From Minisyncoccota bacterium (GTDB lineage Bacteria; Patescibacteriota; Minisyncoccia; UBA6257; 2-01-FULL-56-20), in the NCBI GenBank assembly GCA_036510525.1, contig DATCDU010000020.1, forward strand, positions 246-64,245: a stretch of 64,000 nt of DNA, in the 5' to 3' direction. This document shows, in pieces, positions 26,928 to 36,777 of the stretch (position 1 is its first letter; each line of letters opens with the position of its first letter). Position numbers and translations under genes: made by a program. The notes beneath the pieces are model-generated. The model was not told the DNA's origin and ran no database searches. It saw only the letters and a program-made list of their open reading frames with translations.

Positions 26928-27539
26928 TTACATTATTCCCATAAGATAGACCGTCGTAAAGATGAATATCCAGACGATATCGAGGAAGTGCCAGAAGAGT
27001 GTGAAGCGATCCAGCTTTGAGACGACGCTCGGCGTAAGCCCCTTCACTTTGAGCTGCACGATCGCGACCGCGATCCAGAGCAGGCCAACGGCAATGTGAA
27101 GACCATGCGTTCCAACGAGCGTGAAGAACGCGGAAAGGAACGCGCTCCTCTGCCAGCTCGCGCCGGCGCTCATGAACCGCGAGAACTCACTGAGCTCCAG
27201 AGTGAGGAACGTTGCGCCGAGCATGAACGTGACGGCAAGCCACGCGATCGTCTGGTTCAATTTCTTCGACCACGCGGCGAGCGTGGCGAGTCCGCACGTG
27301 AAGCTTGAGGTGAGCAGCACGATCGTATTCGTAAGCGCCGTCGAGAGACTAAAAAGATCGTTGGACGATGGGCCACCGAACGTGCTCGCCTTGAGCACAT
27401 AATATACCGCGAACAGCACGCCGAAGATCACGAGATCGGTCATTAGATAGACCCAGAATCCGAATGCGTGTCTATCGGCTTGGGCAGCTTGGGCGGCGGT
27501 TGCGTTGGTCTCGTTCATCTTTTCCATTATTTTTTCCAT
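26928..27539 (-). CDS. cyoC: Cytochrome o ubiquinol oxidase subunit III
   Basis: Heme-copper oxidase subunit III-like 5-TM protein. Confidence 0.8.
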   Translation of the reverse strand: MEKIMEKMNETNATAAQAAQADRHAFGFWVYLMTDLVIFGVLFAVYYVLKASTFGGPSSNDLFSLSTALTNTIVLLTSSFTCGLATLAAWSKKLNQTIAWLAVTFMLGATFLTLELSEFSRFMSAGASWQRSAFLSAFFTLVGTHGLHIAVGLLWIAVAIVQLKVKGLTPSVVSKLDRFTLFWHFLDIVWIFIFTTVYLMGIM

Positions 27540-29530
27540 GCCAGTGTTTCCATTTTCTCGACCTCCGCGGCGGGGATCACATATTCCGTATCATCATCAA
27601 ACGAACGGATGATGACGCACGCGATGCAGCCCACGAACCCAAGTGCCATGAGCCAGATGATGTGCCACACCGCGCCGAACGAGAACAGGAAGAAGAATCC
27701 GGAAAGATAGATCGCCATGCCCGTGTTCTTGGACAACTCAATGTCTTCGTACTCCGTGCGCGCGGTGGCGCGCGGCCACTCCCCTCGTTTCTTCATCTCC
27801 CAAAACGCGTCACGGCTGTCCGCCTCCGGCTTTTTTGCAAAATCATAGAATGGCACCGGCGATGACGTTGCCCACTCAAGCGTGCGGCCGTCCCACGGGT
27901 CGCCCGTCGTGTCCATGTTGTCCTTGCGCTCGCGCACGCTCACGACCACCTGCCACACCTGCATGAGCACGCCGGCAGCGATGATGCAGACGCCGATGCC
28001 GGCGGTGATGAAAAATGGCTGATAGCCGGTCGCGGTAGCGTAGTAATCAAGCCGGCGTGTGGCGCCCATGAACCCCAATATATAGAGTGGCGTGAACGAC
28101 ACAAAGAATCCCACGATCCACAACCAGAACGCGCGGCGGCCGATCTTTTCGTTCAATTTGAACCCCATGATCTTGGGGAACCAGTATGTGATGCCGGCGA
28201 ATATGCCGAAAAGCGCGGCGCTCACGATCATGGTGTGGAAGTGCGCCACGAGGAAGAGCGAGTTGTGCAGCTCAAAGTCCGCGCCCGGGATGGAAAGCAG
28301 TACGCCCGCCATGCCGCCGAACGTGAACAAGCTCACGAATCCCATGAAATACATCATCGGCGTCGTGAAGCGGATGCGCCCGCGGAACATTGTGGCGATC
28401 CAGTTGAAGATCTGCACCGCCGTCGGAATGGCGATGATCCCCGTCATGATGCCGAAGAACGCGTCCACGTCCGCGCCGGCACCCATCGTAAAGAAGTGGT
28501 GCAGCCACACCATGAACGAGAGCAGGGTGATGCAAATCACGGCGCATACCATGGAGACGTATCCGAATATTTTCTTGCCGGAGAACGTGGCGACGATCTC
28601 CGAAAATATTCCGAACGCGGGGATTACGAGGATGTACACCTCCGGATGGCCCCACATCCAGATGAGGTTCACGTAGAGCATCGGATTGCCGCCGGCCGTC
28701 GTCGTAAAGAAATGCATACCGAAGAAGCGATCATACCAGAGCAGTAGGGTCGTGATGGTGAGCACCGGGAACGCGGCGACCACGAGCGCCATACTGCAGA
28801 GCGACGTCCAGGTGAAGAGCGGCATCTTCATCAGCGTCATCCCCTTTACGCGCATCTTGATGATTGTCACGATGAAGTTGATGCCACCGAGCAACGATCC
28901 GAGGCCGGAGAGCTGTAAGCTCCATATCCAATAGTCCACGCCGGTGCCCGGGCTGTACATGATCTCCGAAAGCGGGGGCAACGACAGCCATCCCGACGCG
29001 GCGAACTCGCCGCCGATTACGAAGAACATATTGATGAACACCGCGCCCGCCACGTAGAGCCAGAACCCGAGCGAGTTGAGGAACGGGAACGCGAGGTCCC
29101 GCGCGCCGATCTGCAGCGGCACGATCAGGTTCATGAGGCCAAAGAAGAACCCCATCGTCACAAAGAACACCATGATATCGCCATGCGACGTGAAGATCTG
29201 CTGGAAGTGGCTCGCGTCAAGGTAGCCGCTTGGAGCGCCGAGGTAGCCCGGGGCGTTGCCGACGGAGATCGATTGCTGCAGCCAGATCATCATTGCGTCC
29301 AATCCCCCGCGGAAGAGCATAACCGACGCCATCACGATGTACATGATCCCGATCTTCTTCGGGTCCGTCGAAGTGAACCACTCCTTCCAGAGCCATTTCC
29401 ATTTTTTGTAATACGTGATGACCGCCATAACGACGATCCCGCCGACAAAAATGGTCCCCGTCGCGCCGATCGTATACCACGCGTGCGGGAGCGCTGCCCA
29501 GGTGAGATCTCCAAGAATAAAGTGGGTCAT
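27527..29530 (-). CDS. cyoB: Cytochrome o ubiquinol oxidase subunit I (heme-copper oxidase catalytic subunit)
   Basis: 667 aa, multi-TM, conserved His ligand regions (…WGHPEVYILV…, …HHFFTMG…). Confidence 0.9.
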   Translation of the reverse strand: MTHFILGDLTWAALPHAWYTIGATGTIFVGGIVVMAVITYYKKWKWLWKEWFTSTDPKKIGIMYIVMASVMLFRGGLDAMMIWLQQSISVGNAPGYLGAPSGYLDASHFQQIFTSHGDIMVFFVTMGFFFGLMNLIVPLQIGARDLAFPFLNSLGFWLYVAGAVFINMFFVIGGEFAASGWLSLPPLSEIMYSPGTGVDYWIWSLQLSGLGSLLGGINFIVTIIKMRVKGMTLMKMPLFTWTSLCSMALVVAAFPVLTITTLLLWYDRFFGMHFFTTTAGGNPMLYVNLIWMWGHPEVYILVIPAFGIFSEIVATFSGKKIFGYVSMVCAVICITLLSFMVWLHHFFTMGAGADVDAFFGIMTGIIAIPTAVQIFNWIATMFRGRIRFTTPMMYFMGFVSLFTFGGMAGVLLSIPGADFELHNSLFLVAHFHTMIVSAALFGIFAGITYWFPKIMGFKLNEKIGRRAFWLWIVGFFVSFTPLYILGFMGATRRLDYYATATGYQPFFITAGIGVCIIAAGVLMQVWQVVVSVRERKDNMDTTGDPWDGRTLEWATSSPVPFYDFAKKPEADSRDAFWEMKKRGEWPRATARTEYEDIELSKNTGMAIYLSGFFFLFSFGAVWHIIWLMALGFVGCIACVIIRSFDDDTEYVIPAAEVEKMETLAWKK

Positions 29531-29534
29531 GTTT

Positions 29535-30356
29535 TTACATTGTCATCCCCGGCATATTGGCGGGTGGCGTGCTTGTTGGCGGGATCATATACTTCATAAG
29601 AATCGTATCATACAAACCTGGGTCCACCGACGAATAGGTGGACGATGGGGCGTATGTGCTCGGTGGCAGAAGCACACTATTATATTCGGCTAATGTAAGC
29701 GTATTGGAAGAATTTTTGACGGACGCGAGCCATGCGTTAAAGTCGTTTTGTGAAACCGACTTGGCGGTAAATGTCATCCCCGCATATCCCGCGCCATTGA
29801 TCTCCGTGTCCTTGCCGATGTACTCCCCCGTCGAGCTCGCCTCCAAGCTGAGCTGGGTCTGCATCGCCGACATCGCGTAGATCTGGCTGCCGAGCTCCGG
29901 GATCCAGAATGAGCTCATCGGCGCGTCCGCCGTCAGTATAAAGTGCACCGGTGTCTGTTCCGGAAATTCCAAAAAGTTCACGGTCGCGATCCCCTGTGCA
30001 GGATAGATGAAGAGCCACTTCCACTGGAGCGCCACCACCTCCACGGTGAGCGGCGGATTGTTGGAGGCGATCGGCTTGAACGGATCAAGCGCGTGCGTGC
30101 TTTGCCAGTTAATGATCGCGATCGCCACGATGATCACCGCCGGTATCGCCCACCAAAGAAGCTGACGCCACGCACCACCCACATGTTCCGGATCGTATTT
30201 TGCCTTTTTGTTCCCCGCGCGATATTTCCACGCGAATGTGTATAGCAAAATGAGCATCGGGATCGCAACGAGGAGCATGAGCGCCACGGCCAGAATGATC
30301 AGATTCCGTTCGTATAGCGCGATGGGCCCTTGTGGATCGAAGACACCGCCTGGCAT
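29535..30356 (-). CDS. cyoA: Cytochrome o ubiquinol oxidase subunit II
   Basis: 2-TM N-terminus and cupredoxin-like periplasmic domain; first gene of the cyoABCDE operon. Confidence 0.75.
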   Translation of the reverse strand: MPGGVFDPQGPIALYERNLIILAVALMLLVAIPMLILLYTFAWKYRAGNKKAKYDPEHVGGAWRQLLWWAIPAVIIVAIAIINWQSTHALDPFKPIASNNPPLTVEVVALQWKWLFIYPAQGIATVNFLEFPEQTPVHFILTADAPMSSFWIPELGSQIYAMSAMQTQLSLEASSTGEYIGKDTEINGAGYAGMTFTAKSVSQNDFNAWLASVKNSSNTLTLAEYNSVLLPPSTYAPSSTYSSVDPGLYDTILMKYMIPPTSTPPANMPGMTM

Positions 30357-30427
30357 TTTCTTATTGTACCACGTAGGGAGGGTAGCTGAGACGCTTACAA
30401 AAACGTTAAAAAATCATTAATTAGCTT

Positions 30428-30456
30428 TTGACTTTGCAAAGAAATCTAGTATTATA
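30428..30456 (+). promoter_or_regulatory. Near-consensus sigma70-type promoter (TTGACT-16/17 nt-TATTAT), divergent from cyoA
   Basis: ttgact (30428-33) ... tattat (30450-55). Confidence 0.45.
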
Positions 30457-30460
30457 GTTC

Positions 30461-30550
30461 ATGAAAGCGGTGATCCGTTAGAAGACGGATTCCATCTCCG
30501 TTTTGGCACAGAAACGACCACCCCACCGTGGTCGTTTCTGTTTAAATAGT
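30461..30550 (+). ncRNA. Candidate leader/attenuator or small RNA: 6-codon mini-ORF, hairpin, 14-bp terminator
   Basis: ATGAAAGCGGTGATCCGTTAG (MKAVIR*); gacgga-ttccatc-tccgt hairpin; acagaaacgaccac-cccacc-gtggtcgtttctgt then tttaaatagtttt; ends ~160 nt upstream of the response regulator. Confidence 0.25.
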
Positions 30551-30712
30551 TTTAATCCCTCTTGTGATACGGTGGTCTTGCCTGTGGATCGTGGGGCCCG
30601 TCGTCTATGAAGTAGGACACCGCTTTTGCCAAAACGGAAAACCGGGCGCAAGTTCCGGCGGGTCCACAGGTTCGGCCGATTAGTGTATACTAAGAAAAAT
30701 CTTATTCATTCC

Positions 30713-31387
30713 ATGAGGATCCTTGTGGTCGAAGACGAGGAAGAAACGGCGGCAACGTTGAAGCGAAAACTTGAGGCCGAATGCTACGCGGTGGATATTG
30801 AACGCGATGGTGAGCGTGGATTTTATAAAGCGCGCACCAACGACTATGACTTGATCCTGCTCGACAAAGGTCTGCCTGGAAAAGATGGCTATGAGATCTG
30901 CTCCGGACTCCGTGAATATAAAATCGCGACGCCAGTCCTTATATTGAGCGTTGCTGCGGAAATCGAGGATAAGGTCAGCCTGCTCGAATGTGGAGCGGAC
31001 GATTACCTTACGAAACCCTATGCGTTCAGCGAACTCGCCGCACGCGTGAAAGCGCTGCTCCGCCGGCCGGCGCAGGTTGAAGGAAAAATACTCACCGTCG
31101 GGGATCTGTCGCTTGACCGGGAAACGTATTCATTCACGTTCCATAAGCGAACGGAGAATCTTACGTCCAAGGAATTCGCCCTGCTGGAATATCTCATGAA
31201 AAATGCCGGGCGTGTTGCCTCTCGTGGGATGATCATGGAACACGTATGGGACGAGAGCGGCGATCAATTCTCAAAGAGCATCGAGACCCATATTATGAAT
31301 CTCCGTAAGAAGATCGACCCGCGCAACAAGGATATTTTTATCCGTAACGTCCCGGGGCGCGGCTTTATCGTCGGGAAAACGCCGTAA
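30713..31387 (+). CDS. OmpR-family two-component response regulator
   Basis: REC (MRILVVEDEE...DLILLDKGLPGKDG) plus winged-helix output (trans_reg_C). The start at 30713 is preferred to the ORF-track start at 30626. Confidence 0.85.
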   Translation: MRILVVEDEEETAATLKRKLEAECYAVDIERDGERGFYKARTNDYDLILLDKGLPGKDGYEICSGLREYKIATPVLILSVAAEIEDKVSLLECGADDYLTKPYAFSELAARVKALLRRPAQVEGKILTVGDLSLDRETYSFTFHKRTENLTSKEFALLEYLMKNAGRVASRGMIMEHVWDESGDQFSKSIETHIMNLRKKIDPRNKDIFIRNVPGRGFIVGKTP

Positions 31388-31582
31388 TTTCATATTTAAG
31401 ATCTATTTAATGTGCGGTGAGTATAATGCGTGGGAAAGGTCGAATAATATTCCACACAACATTATCATGAACACTTTATTGGAAAAAATTCTCACCGAAC
31501 GGTCGGCGCGCGGAGCGGAGCAAATGGAAACGCTCGCGGTAGCACAGAATGAATTCCTTTCCTGGGACGGAGCGTAGCAGCT

Positions 31583-32953
31583 ATGGATGAAGATCTGCAG
31601 AGGAGAAAGAACATCCTGAACATCATCCTTATCGGATCGATAGGAATGCTCACGATCCTCGATGCCTTCGTTCTTTTTCATTCCCTGGAGAGCGGCGCCG
31701 CGTACCGCGGAATCTCATTCGAGCTCTTCTCCGTATTGCCAGCATTCTTTATCTTCCTCTACGTCCTCTCGCGAAGAGGGTACTCCGATCTCGCCTCCTA
31801 TTTTGTGATAGGAATCTATCTTGTGAGCGATAGCTACGCCGTATACCGATGGGGCGTCATGATGCCGATCACGCTGATCGCCTATGCGCTTATCATCGTC
31901 ATGGCCACGATCCTTCGGGGAACGAGGTTTGGATTTTTGGTGACGGGCGTCATCGCCGCATTCATCGTGCCGGTATGGTATGCCCAATTCCATGGCATGC
32001 TCACCGTGCAGGTGCAGCGGGAGCAGAATACCGATGCCGTCGTCTTCTCGGTACTTTATTTCCTCATCATGACCGTCGCGTGGCTCTATGATCGCGAGAT
32101 CCAAGGATCACTGCGTCGCGCCCGCGGCTCGGAGAAAGCCCTCAAGGAGGAACGGGATCTGCTGGAAGTGAAGGTTGAGGAACGCACCGACGAACTCCGC
32201 CGGACCCAGCTTGAAAAAGTGCAGCAACTGAACCGCCTCGCCGAGCTTGGACAGCTATCCTCCGGTCTGTTTCATGACCTTCTCAACCTCCTGAACGCCC
32301 TTTCCCTCCGGACGGATGATGTGGCCGATCCTTCGCTCGCGAATGCTTTCGATACCACAAAGCAGATCGAGGAATTCATGCAGGCGGTACGAAAACAGAT
32401 AGGCGGGTCCGGCAGCCCCGAATCATTCTCCCTCATACGGGGAATAGATCAGGCCATCCAGCTCGTAAATTACAAAGCGAACAAAGAACATGTCCGGATT
32501 TTGTTCCAGCACGATCCGCATGCGAATATCACGTACTACGGCGCGCCGTTCAAATTCCAGGAGATCGTCATCAACCTGCTGCTCAACGCCATTGAATCGT
32601 ACGGAGGGATTCCCCGTTCGGATACACGCGCACGGAAGATCGATATCTCGATCGAAAGACGTGATGCCATTGCAACGCTTCGTGTCACCGACGACGGATG
32701 CGGCATGACACCCGGGGTCCGAGCGCGGTTGTTCGAACCTTTCTTTACCACTAAAGGCGCCTCAAAAGGAATCGGGATTGGCCTCGCGACGATAAAGAAA
32801 ATAATAGAAGAGGATCTGTCCGGAACGATCACCGTACAGAGCGAGCCGGGCGACGGGTCCTCATTTACCGTTACATTTCCCATACGACATGAACCGATAT
32901 CAGGCAGTGATCGAGCGGGCAATCGACCACATCAGGAGCCAGCAATCCCCTGA
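31583..32953 (+). CDS. Membrane sensor histidine kinase
   Basis: N-terminal multi-TM, H-box LSSGLFHDLLNLLNAL, HATPase_c (TDDGCGMTPG...GIGIGLATIKK). Confidence 0.85.
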   Translation: MDEDLQRRKNILNIILIGSIGMLTILDAFVLFHSLESGAAYRGISFELFSVLPAFFIFLYVLSRRGYSDLASYFVIGIYLVSDSYAVYRWGVMMPITLIAYALIIVMATILRGTRFGFLVTGVIAAFIVPVWYAQFHGMLTVQVQREQNTDAVVFSVLYFLIMTVAWLYDREIQGSLRRARGSEKALKEERDLLEVKVEERTDELRRTQLEKVQQLNRLAELGQLSSGLFHDLLNLLNALSLRTDDVADPSLANAFDTTKQIEEFMQAVRKQIGGSGSPESFSLIRGIDQAIQLVNYKANKEHVRILFQHDPHANITYYGAPFKFQEIVINLLLNAIESYGGIPRSDTRARKIDISIERRDAIATLRVTDDGCGMTPGVRARLFEPFFTTKGASKGIGIGLATIKKIIEEDLSGTITVQSEPGDGSSFTVTFPIRHEPISGSDRAGNRPHQEPAIP

Positions 32954-34823
32954 CGGGGGCTTTGTAAACCTTTCCGGCTTTTCACCAACCGCTTTTTCGG
33001 ATGCCATCCCGCGGCGGACGACGTTCTTTACTTCCAATATCCTGGCCTGCCTGCAAAATATCCCGGGCCGCACGATGGAAATACGAACGGCCGCAGTCAA
33101 GTTCTTGCTTTTAGAAAAAAGCGAGCGTTGGTCATTCAACTATTGGGCACGCAACAAAAGCCATCAAAGCAGAGTGCCATATCCGCCTTATCCGGACGAC
33201 CTTGACGACACCTTTGCCGCGCTCGCGGCGCTTATGCGCCATGATCAGAGCCTGATCGACGCCCGGGCATTTTCCGCGATCGCAAAAATACTGATCGTGC
33301 GCGAGGTTCGCGAAGGAGGGCCCTATCGGACATGGCTTGTGGCCGACGATACCGCTCCGGCGTGGCAAGATCTGGATATCGTGGTTAACAGTACCATCGG
33401 CTATGCCCTTTCGCTCATCGGCGTGCACCTTCCGAAACTCGAAAGTTTTATAAGCGAGGCCGTGCGGCAAAACCGATTGGTATCGCCCTACTATCCCGGC
33501 ATACTCCATGTCGGTTATTTTCTTTCCCGATTTTATAGTAAGAACGGCACGCGAGAAAATGCCGATGCGCGCGCCAAACTAGCGGACATCATTATCGACC
33601 GCCTTCAAGACGATGATACTGGAAGCATCACTGCCCTTGAGCACGCGATGGGTATTTCGTCGCTCATTAATCTTGAACATACCGACCAGGTACCTCGAAT
33701 GGCGGATCTACTCGTAAAGCGGTTGGATCGTGAAGGATTTTGTTCCTATGCCTTCTGCATCGATCCAACGCGTGATGGCCGCCGATGTTATGCCGGAGCC
33801 TCCGCGCTCACCGCCGCGTTCTGTGCTGAGGCTCTCGCGCGATATTCCGCACTCGCCTTCCCTGCAACGATCGATGATCATGTTCGTTCTCTCGCGCGAA
33901 TAGCCTGTCGACCGATTGGCATGGAACTCCGCGAGGCGGCAACGGCGCAAATAGAAAAGATGACCGATAAGAAGATCACCGCACTCCCTTATGAGCTCCG
34001 GGACGCACTGTATAAACAGGGCAGCATCGTTCCTTTAGATATCGTCGAGCAGCTTTCCTTGGCAAACCTCTACGGCTGGATGGCATATGAGATCTACGAT
34101 GATGCGCTCGATGGCGATGGAGGCCACGCATCCATTCCCTGCGGTAATTTCTTTCTCCGTTCACTCACGGAAATCTACGCCGGGCTTGCCACGCATGCCC
34201 CGGAGATCAAAAAACTTTTTGCCGATACGATGGATCGCGTTGATAACGCGAATGCCTGGGAACAAAAGTACTGTCGCTTGGAAGTACACGACACGCCCCT
34301 CTGCGAACTTCCAGATTTCGGCGACTACCGCACGCTCGCCGACCGGAGCATCGGCCACGCGATGGGCCCGCTCGCCGAACTGCTGTTCGCCGGATACGGC
34401 ACCGATTCAGAAGAGTACAAAAACTGCGAATCGTTCTTCCGGCACTATCTCATCGCCCGCCAGCTCCACGACGATGCACACGACTGGGTGGACGACCTCC
34501 TGCATCGCCGCGTGAACAGCGTTGCGGCCCTCGTTCTCACCCGTTTTAAAGAAAAATATTCCGAAGATGGGACGACCCCGAACGCGGCCATCGCCATCAT
34601 ACTTCCGCAGCTCCGTAAAATATTTTGGGAAGGGATCATTGATGAAGCCGTCAACACGATAATATCTCACATCGCACAGGCACGGCGCACGCGACAAAAA
34701 TCCTCCCTTCTTGATCGCGTTGACTTCATGGAAAGTGAACTGCGCAAACTCGAGTCCGGCGCCCAACATGCAATAAAAGAGCGCAATGAGGCCCTCGTTT
34801 TTCTTAGCGATTATATGGCATAA
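32889..34823 (+). CDS. Alpha/alpha-toroid terpenoid-cyclase/prenyltransferase-like protein (QxxDGGF repeat, DLDDTF and DDALD motifs)
   Basis: QQSPDGGFVNLSG, PDDLDDTFAALAAL (resembles the class II DxDDTA motif), YDDALDGDG (DDxxD-like); 644 aa; function inferred from motifs only. Confidence 0.35.
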   Translation: MNRYQAVIERAIDHIRSQQSPDGGFVNLSGFSPTAFSDAIPRRTTFFTSNILACLQNIPGRTMEIRTAAVKFLLLEKSERWSFNYWARNKSHQSRVPYPPYPDDLDDTFAALAALMRHDQSLIDARAFSAIAKILIVREVREGGPYRTWLVADDTAPAWQDLDIVVNSTIGYALSLIGVHLPKLESFISEAVRQNRLVSPYYPGILHVGYFLSRFYSKNGTRENADARAKLADIIIDRLQDDDTGSITALEHAMGISSLINLEHTDQVPRMADLLVKRLDREGFCSYAFCIDPTRDGRRCYAGASALTAAFCAEALARYSALAFPATIDDHVRSLARIACRPIGMELREAATAQIEKMTDKKITALPYELRDALYKQGSIVPLDIVEQLSLANLYGWMAYEIYDDALDGDGGHASIPCGNFFLRSLTEIYAGLATHAPEIKKLFADTMDRVDNANAWEQKYCRLEVHDTPLCELPDFGDYRTLADRSIGHAMGPLAELLFAGYGTDSEEYKNCESFFRHYLIARQLHDDAHDWVDDLLHRRVNSVAALVLTRFKEKYSEDGTTPNAAIAIILPQLRKIFWEGIIDEAVNTIISHIAQARRTRQKSSLLDRVDFMESELRKLESGAQHAIKERNEALVFLSDYMA

Positions 34824-34833
34824 TGAGTGGGAT

Positions 34834-35571
34834 ATGAAATCAAAACGATTTGGAGCGGAAGGGCCACAACCCGAGGCGACCGCCGAAGAGCTCAAAGAAC
34901 AGCTCGAAGCGGCGCTCGCGGAAAATATCGCCCTGAAGGCGGAGATCGCGGATCTAAAGATCGATTCCGTTACTGGCCTTCCTACGCGGCGCGAACTCGA
35001 TAAGCGTATCGCCGAATCACGGTCAAAAGAAAAGATGAACGGAGGACAAGAAGGCGGCCCGGAAAAAGAGCTTTCCAATGAAACGGCGGTCCTCATGCTC
35101 GATATTGATAATTTCAAGGTGGTCAACGATCTCTATGGACATCCGAATGCCGACATCATATTGCGGGCGGTCGCGGATAAATTAAGAGAGATGTTCCGGA
35201 AAGAAGACAGCGTCATGCGCTACGGGGGCGAGGAGATCGCCGTCATTCTCCAAAAGACGGATGCAAAACGGCTCATACACAAGTTCTACGATTCCAAAGC
35301 GGGAAAACCCCGCCTGACGGTTAAAACGACGATCATACATAAAGGCAAAGAGGAGGAGGTTGAGGTGACGCTGAGTGGCGGCCTTGCGTCGTTCGGGCCG
35401 GACGGTGACCTGCATACCGCACTTACCCAAGCAGATGAAGCACTCTACGTGGCAAAAAATGGTGTTAAGACGAAAGATGGCAACATGGTGACGCCGGAGC
35501 GGGATCGTATCGTTCTCTATTCGGAGGACATGGGAAAAGAACAGGCTTCGGAAATGGAGCCTGCGGCCTAA
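34834..35571 (+). CDS. GGDEF-domain diguanylate cyclase
   Basis: N-terminal coiled coil; RYGGEEI active-site motif. Confidence 0.8.
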   Translation: MKSKRFGAEGPQPEATAEELKEQLEAALAENIALKAEIADLKIDSVTGLPTRRELDKRIAESRSKEKMNGGQEGGPEKELSNETAVLMLDIDNFKVVNDLYGHPNADIILRAVADKLREMFRKEDSVMRYGGEEIAVILQKTDAKRLIHKFYDSKAGKPRLTVKTTIIHKGKEEEVEVTLSGGLASFGPDGDLHTALTQADEALYVAKNGVKTKDGNMVTPERDRIVLYSEDMGKEQASEMEPAA

Positions 35572-35583
35572 CTATTTTTAAAA

Positions 35584-36771
35584 TCAGTTGAGGGAGCCCC
35601 AGATCGCCGGATCTATATCCCCGTCCAATTTGAAGAACATCACGCCGCGCAGGCCGTATTGCTTTGCGAGCGCCACTTTTTGCAGTTCGGACATGGCGTC
35701 GGGGAACGAAACAAAGAACGTGGTGGATGCGTTCGGGTTCACCGTGTCCAGTACCGCCGGCTCCGTGGATGAAACAAAAGATGTAAGATCAAGCGGCTCC
35801 TGGATGTATGTGGATGACGTGAAGGTAAAGCTCAATTCCCCCGCGTTGTCGCGCACCGGAGTGATGCCAAGCGAATCCGCGCGGTCCATCGCGCCGAAGT
35901 AATCCCACGCGCGCACCTCCTGATACGTCGTCACATCATTGTTCCATGAGACCTCGTATTCGTACCCGTACGTCGGAATGCCCAACATGATCTTCTTAGG
36001 GTTGATGTATTGGATCGCGTACTGAATGATCTTCGTCGTCCAGTCCGGATCCGCGACCGGCGCGTAAAGCTGTCCCTCGCCGCCCTTGCTCGCGTCAAGT
36101 TTGAGATCCGTCGTTCCCTGATCGTATGCCTCTAACCGTACTTCGTCGCAATATTGGTTGAGCACGCTGTAATTCTCGGCGTAGGTCAGGGTTGACGGCA
36201 CGACCACGTAAACCGAGCTTGGCTGGTCCCGCGGCACAACAGAACACGTGAGCACTTTGTTCTCGGCATGAAGCCGGTCCGAAAGTCCCTCTATGAATAA
36301 CGAATAATATGGACGCGTTGACGTGGACATCGCTTCGAAATCGATATCGATGCCGTTGAAATCATTCGCTTTTGCAAGTTGTGCAATGCTCGTCTCTTCC
36401 GCCTGACGGGCCTTGGCATTGGAAAGTAATTTATAGATGCCGCCCGTATCGAACCATGCGATCGTCGGAATGGCTTTGACGTTCGCCGATTGGACGGCGG
36501 ATATCCAGCCGGTCCAAAGTCCCTTATTGATGCCAAGATCATCCTTGATGGTGCCCGTGCCCACGAGCTCGTACGAGAACGGGCTTACCTCGTTAAGCGA
36601 GTCAAGGTTAACCGCGATCTGCTGCTCGCCCGCGGTGCTCGTCCAGTACGGCACCCACGCGCCGTAGTAAAATGGGGCCTTCGCAGCCGCGGTCGTTGCC
36701 GCGAGCGCCAAAAATGGCATCGCGCCCATGACGAATCCGGCGACCGTCACTTTAATAAGAAATTTCTGCAT
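35584..36771 (-). CDS. Secreted glycoside hydrolase family 18 (chitinase-like) protein
   Basis: Signal peptide; catalytic DxxDxDxE motif FNGIDIDFE. Confidence 0.7.
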   Translation of the reverse strand: MQKFLIKVTVAGFVMGAMPFLALAATTAAAKAPFYYGAWVPYWTSTAGEQQIAVNLDSLNEVSPFSYELVGTGTIKDDLGINKGLWTGWISAVQSANVKAIPTIAWFDTGGIYKLLSNAKARQAEETSIAQLAKANDFNGIDIDFEAMSTSTRPYYSLFIEGLSDRLHAENKVLTCSVVPRDQPSSVYVVVPSTLTYAENYSVLNQYCDEVRLEAYDQGTTDLKLDASKGGEGQLYAPVADPDWTTKIIQYAIQYINPKKIMLGIPTYGYEYEVSWNNDVTTYQEVRAWDYFGAMDRADSLGITPVRDNAGELSFTFTSSTYIQEPLDLTSFVSSTEPAVLDTVNPNASTTFFVSFPDAMSELQKVALAKQYGLRGVMFFKLDGDIDPAIWGSLN

Positions 36772-36777
36772 GATCGG

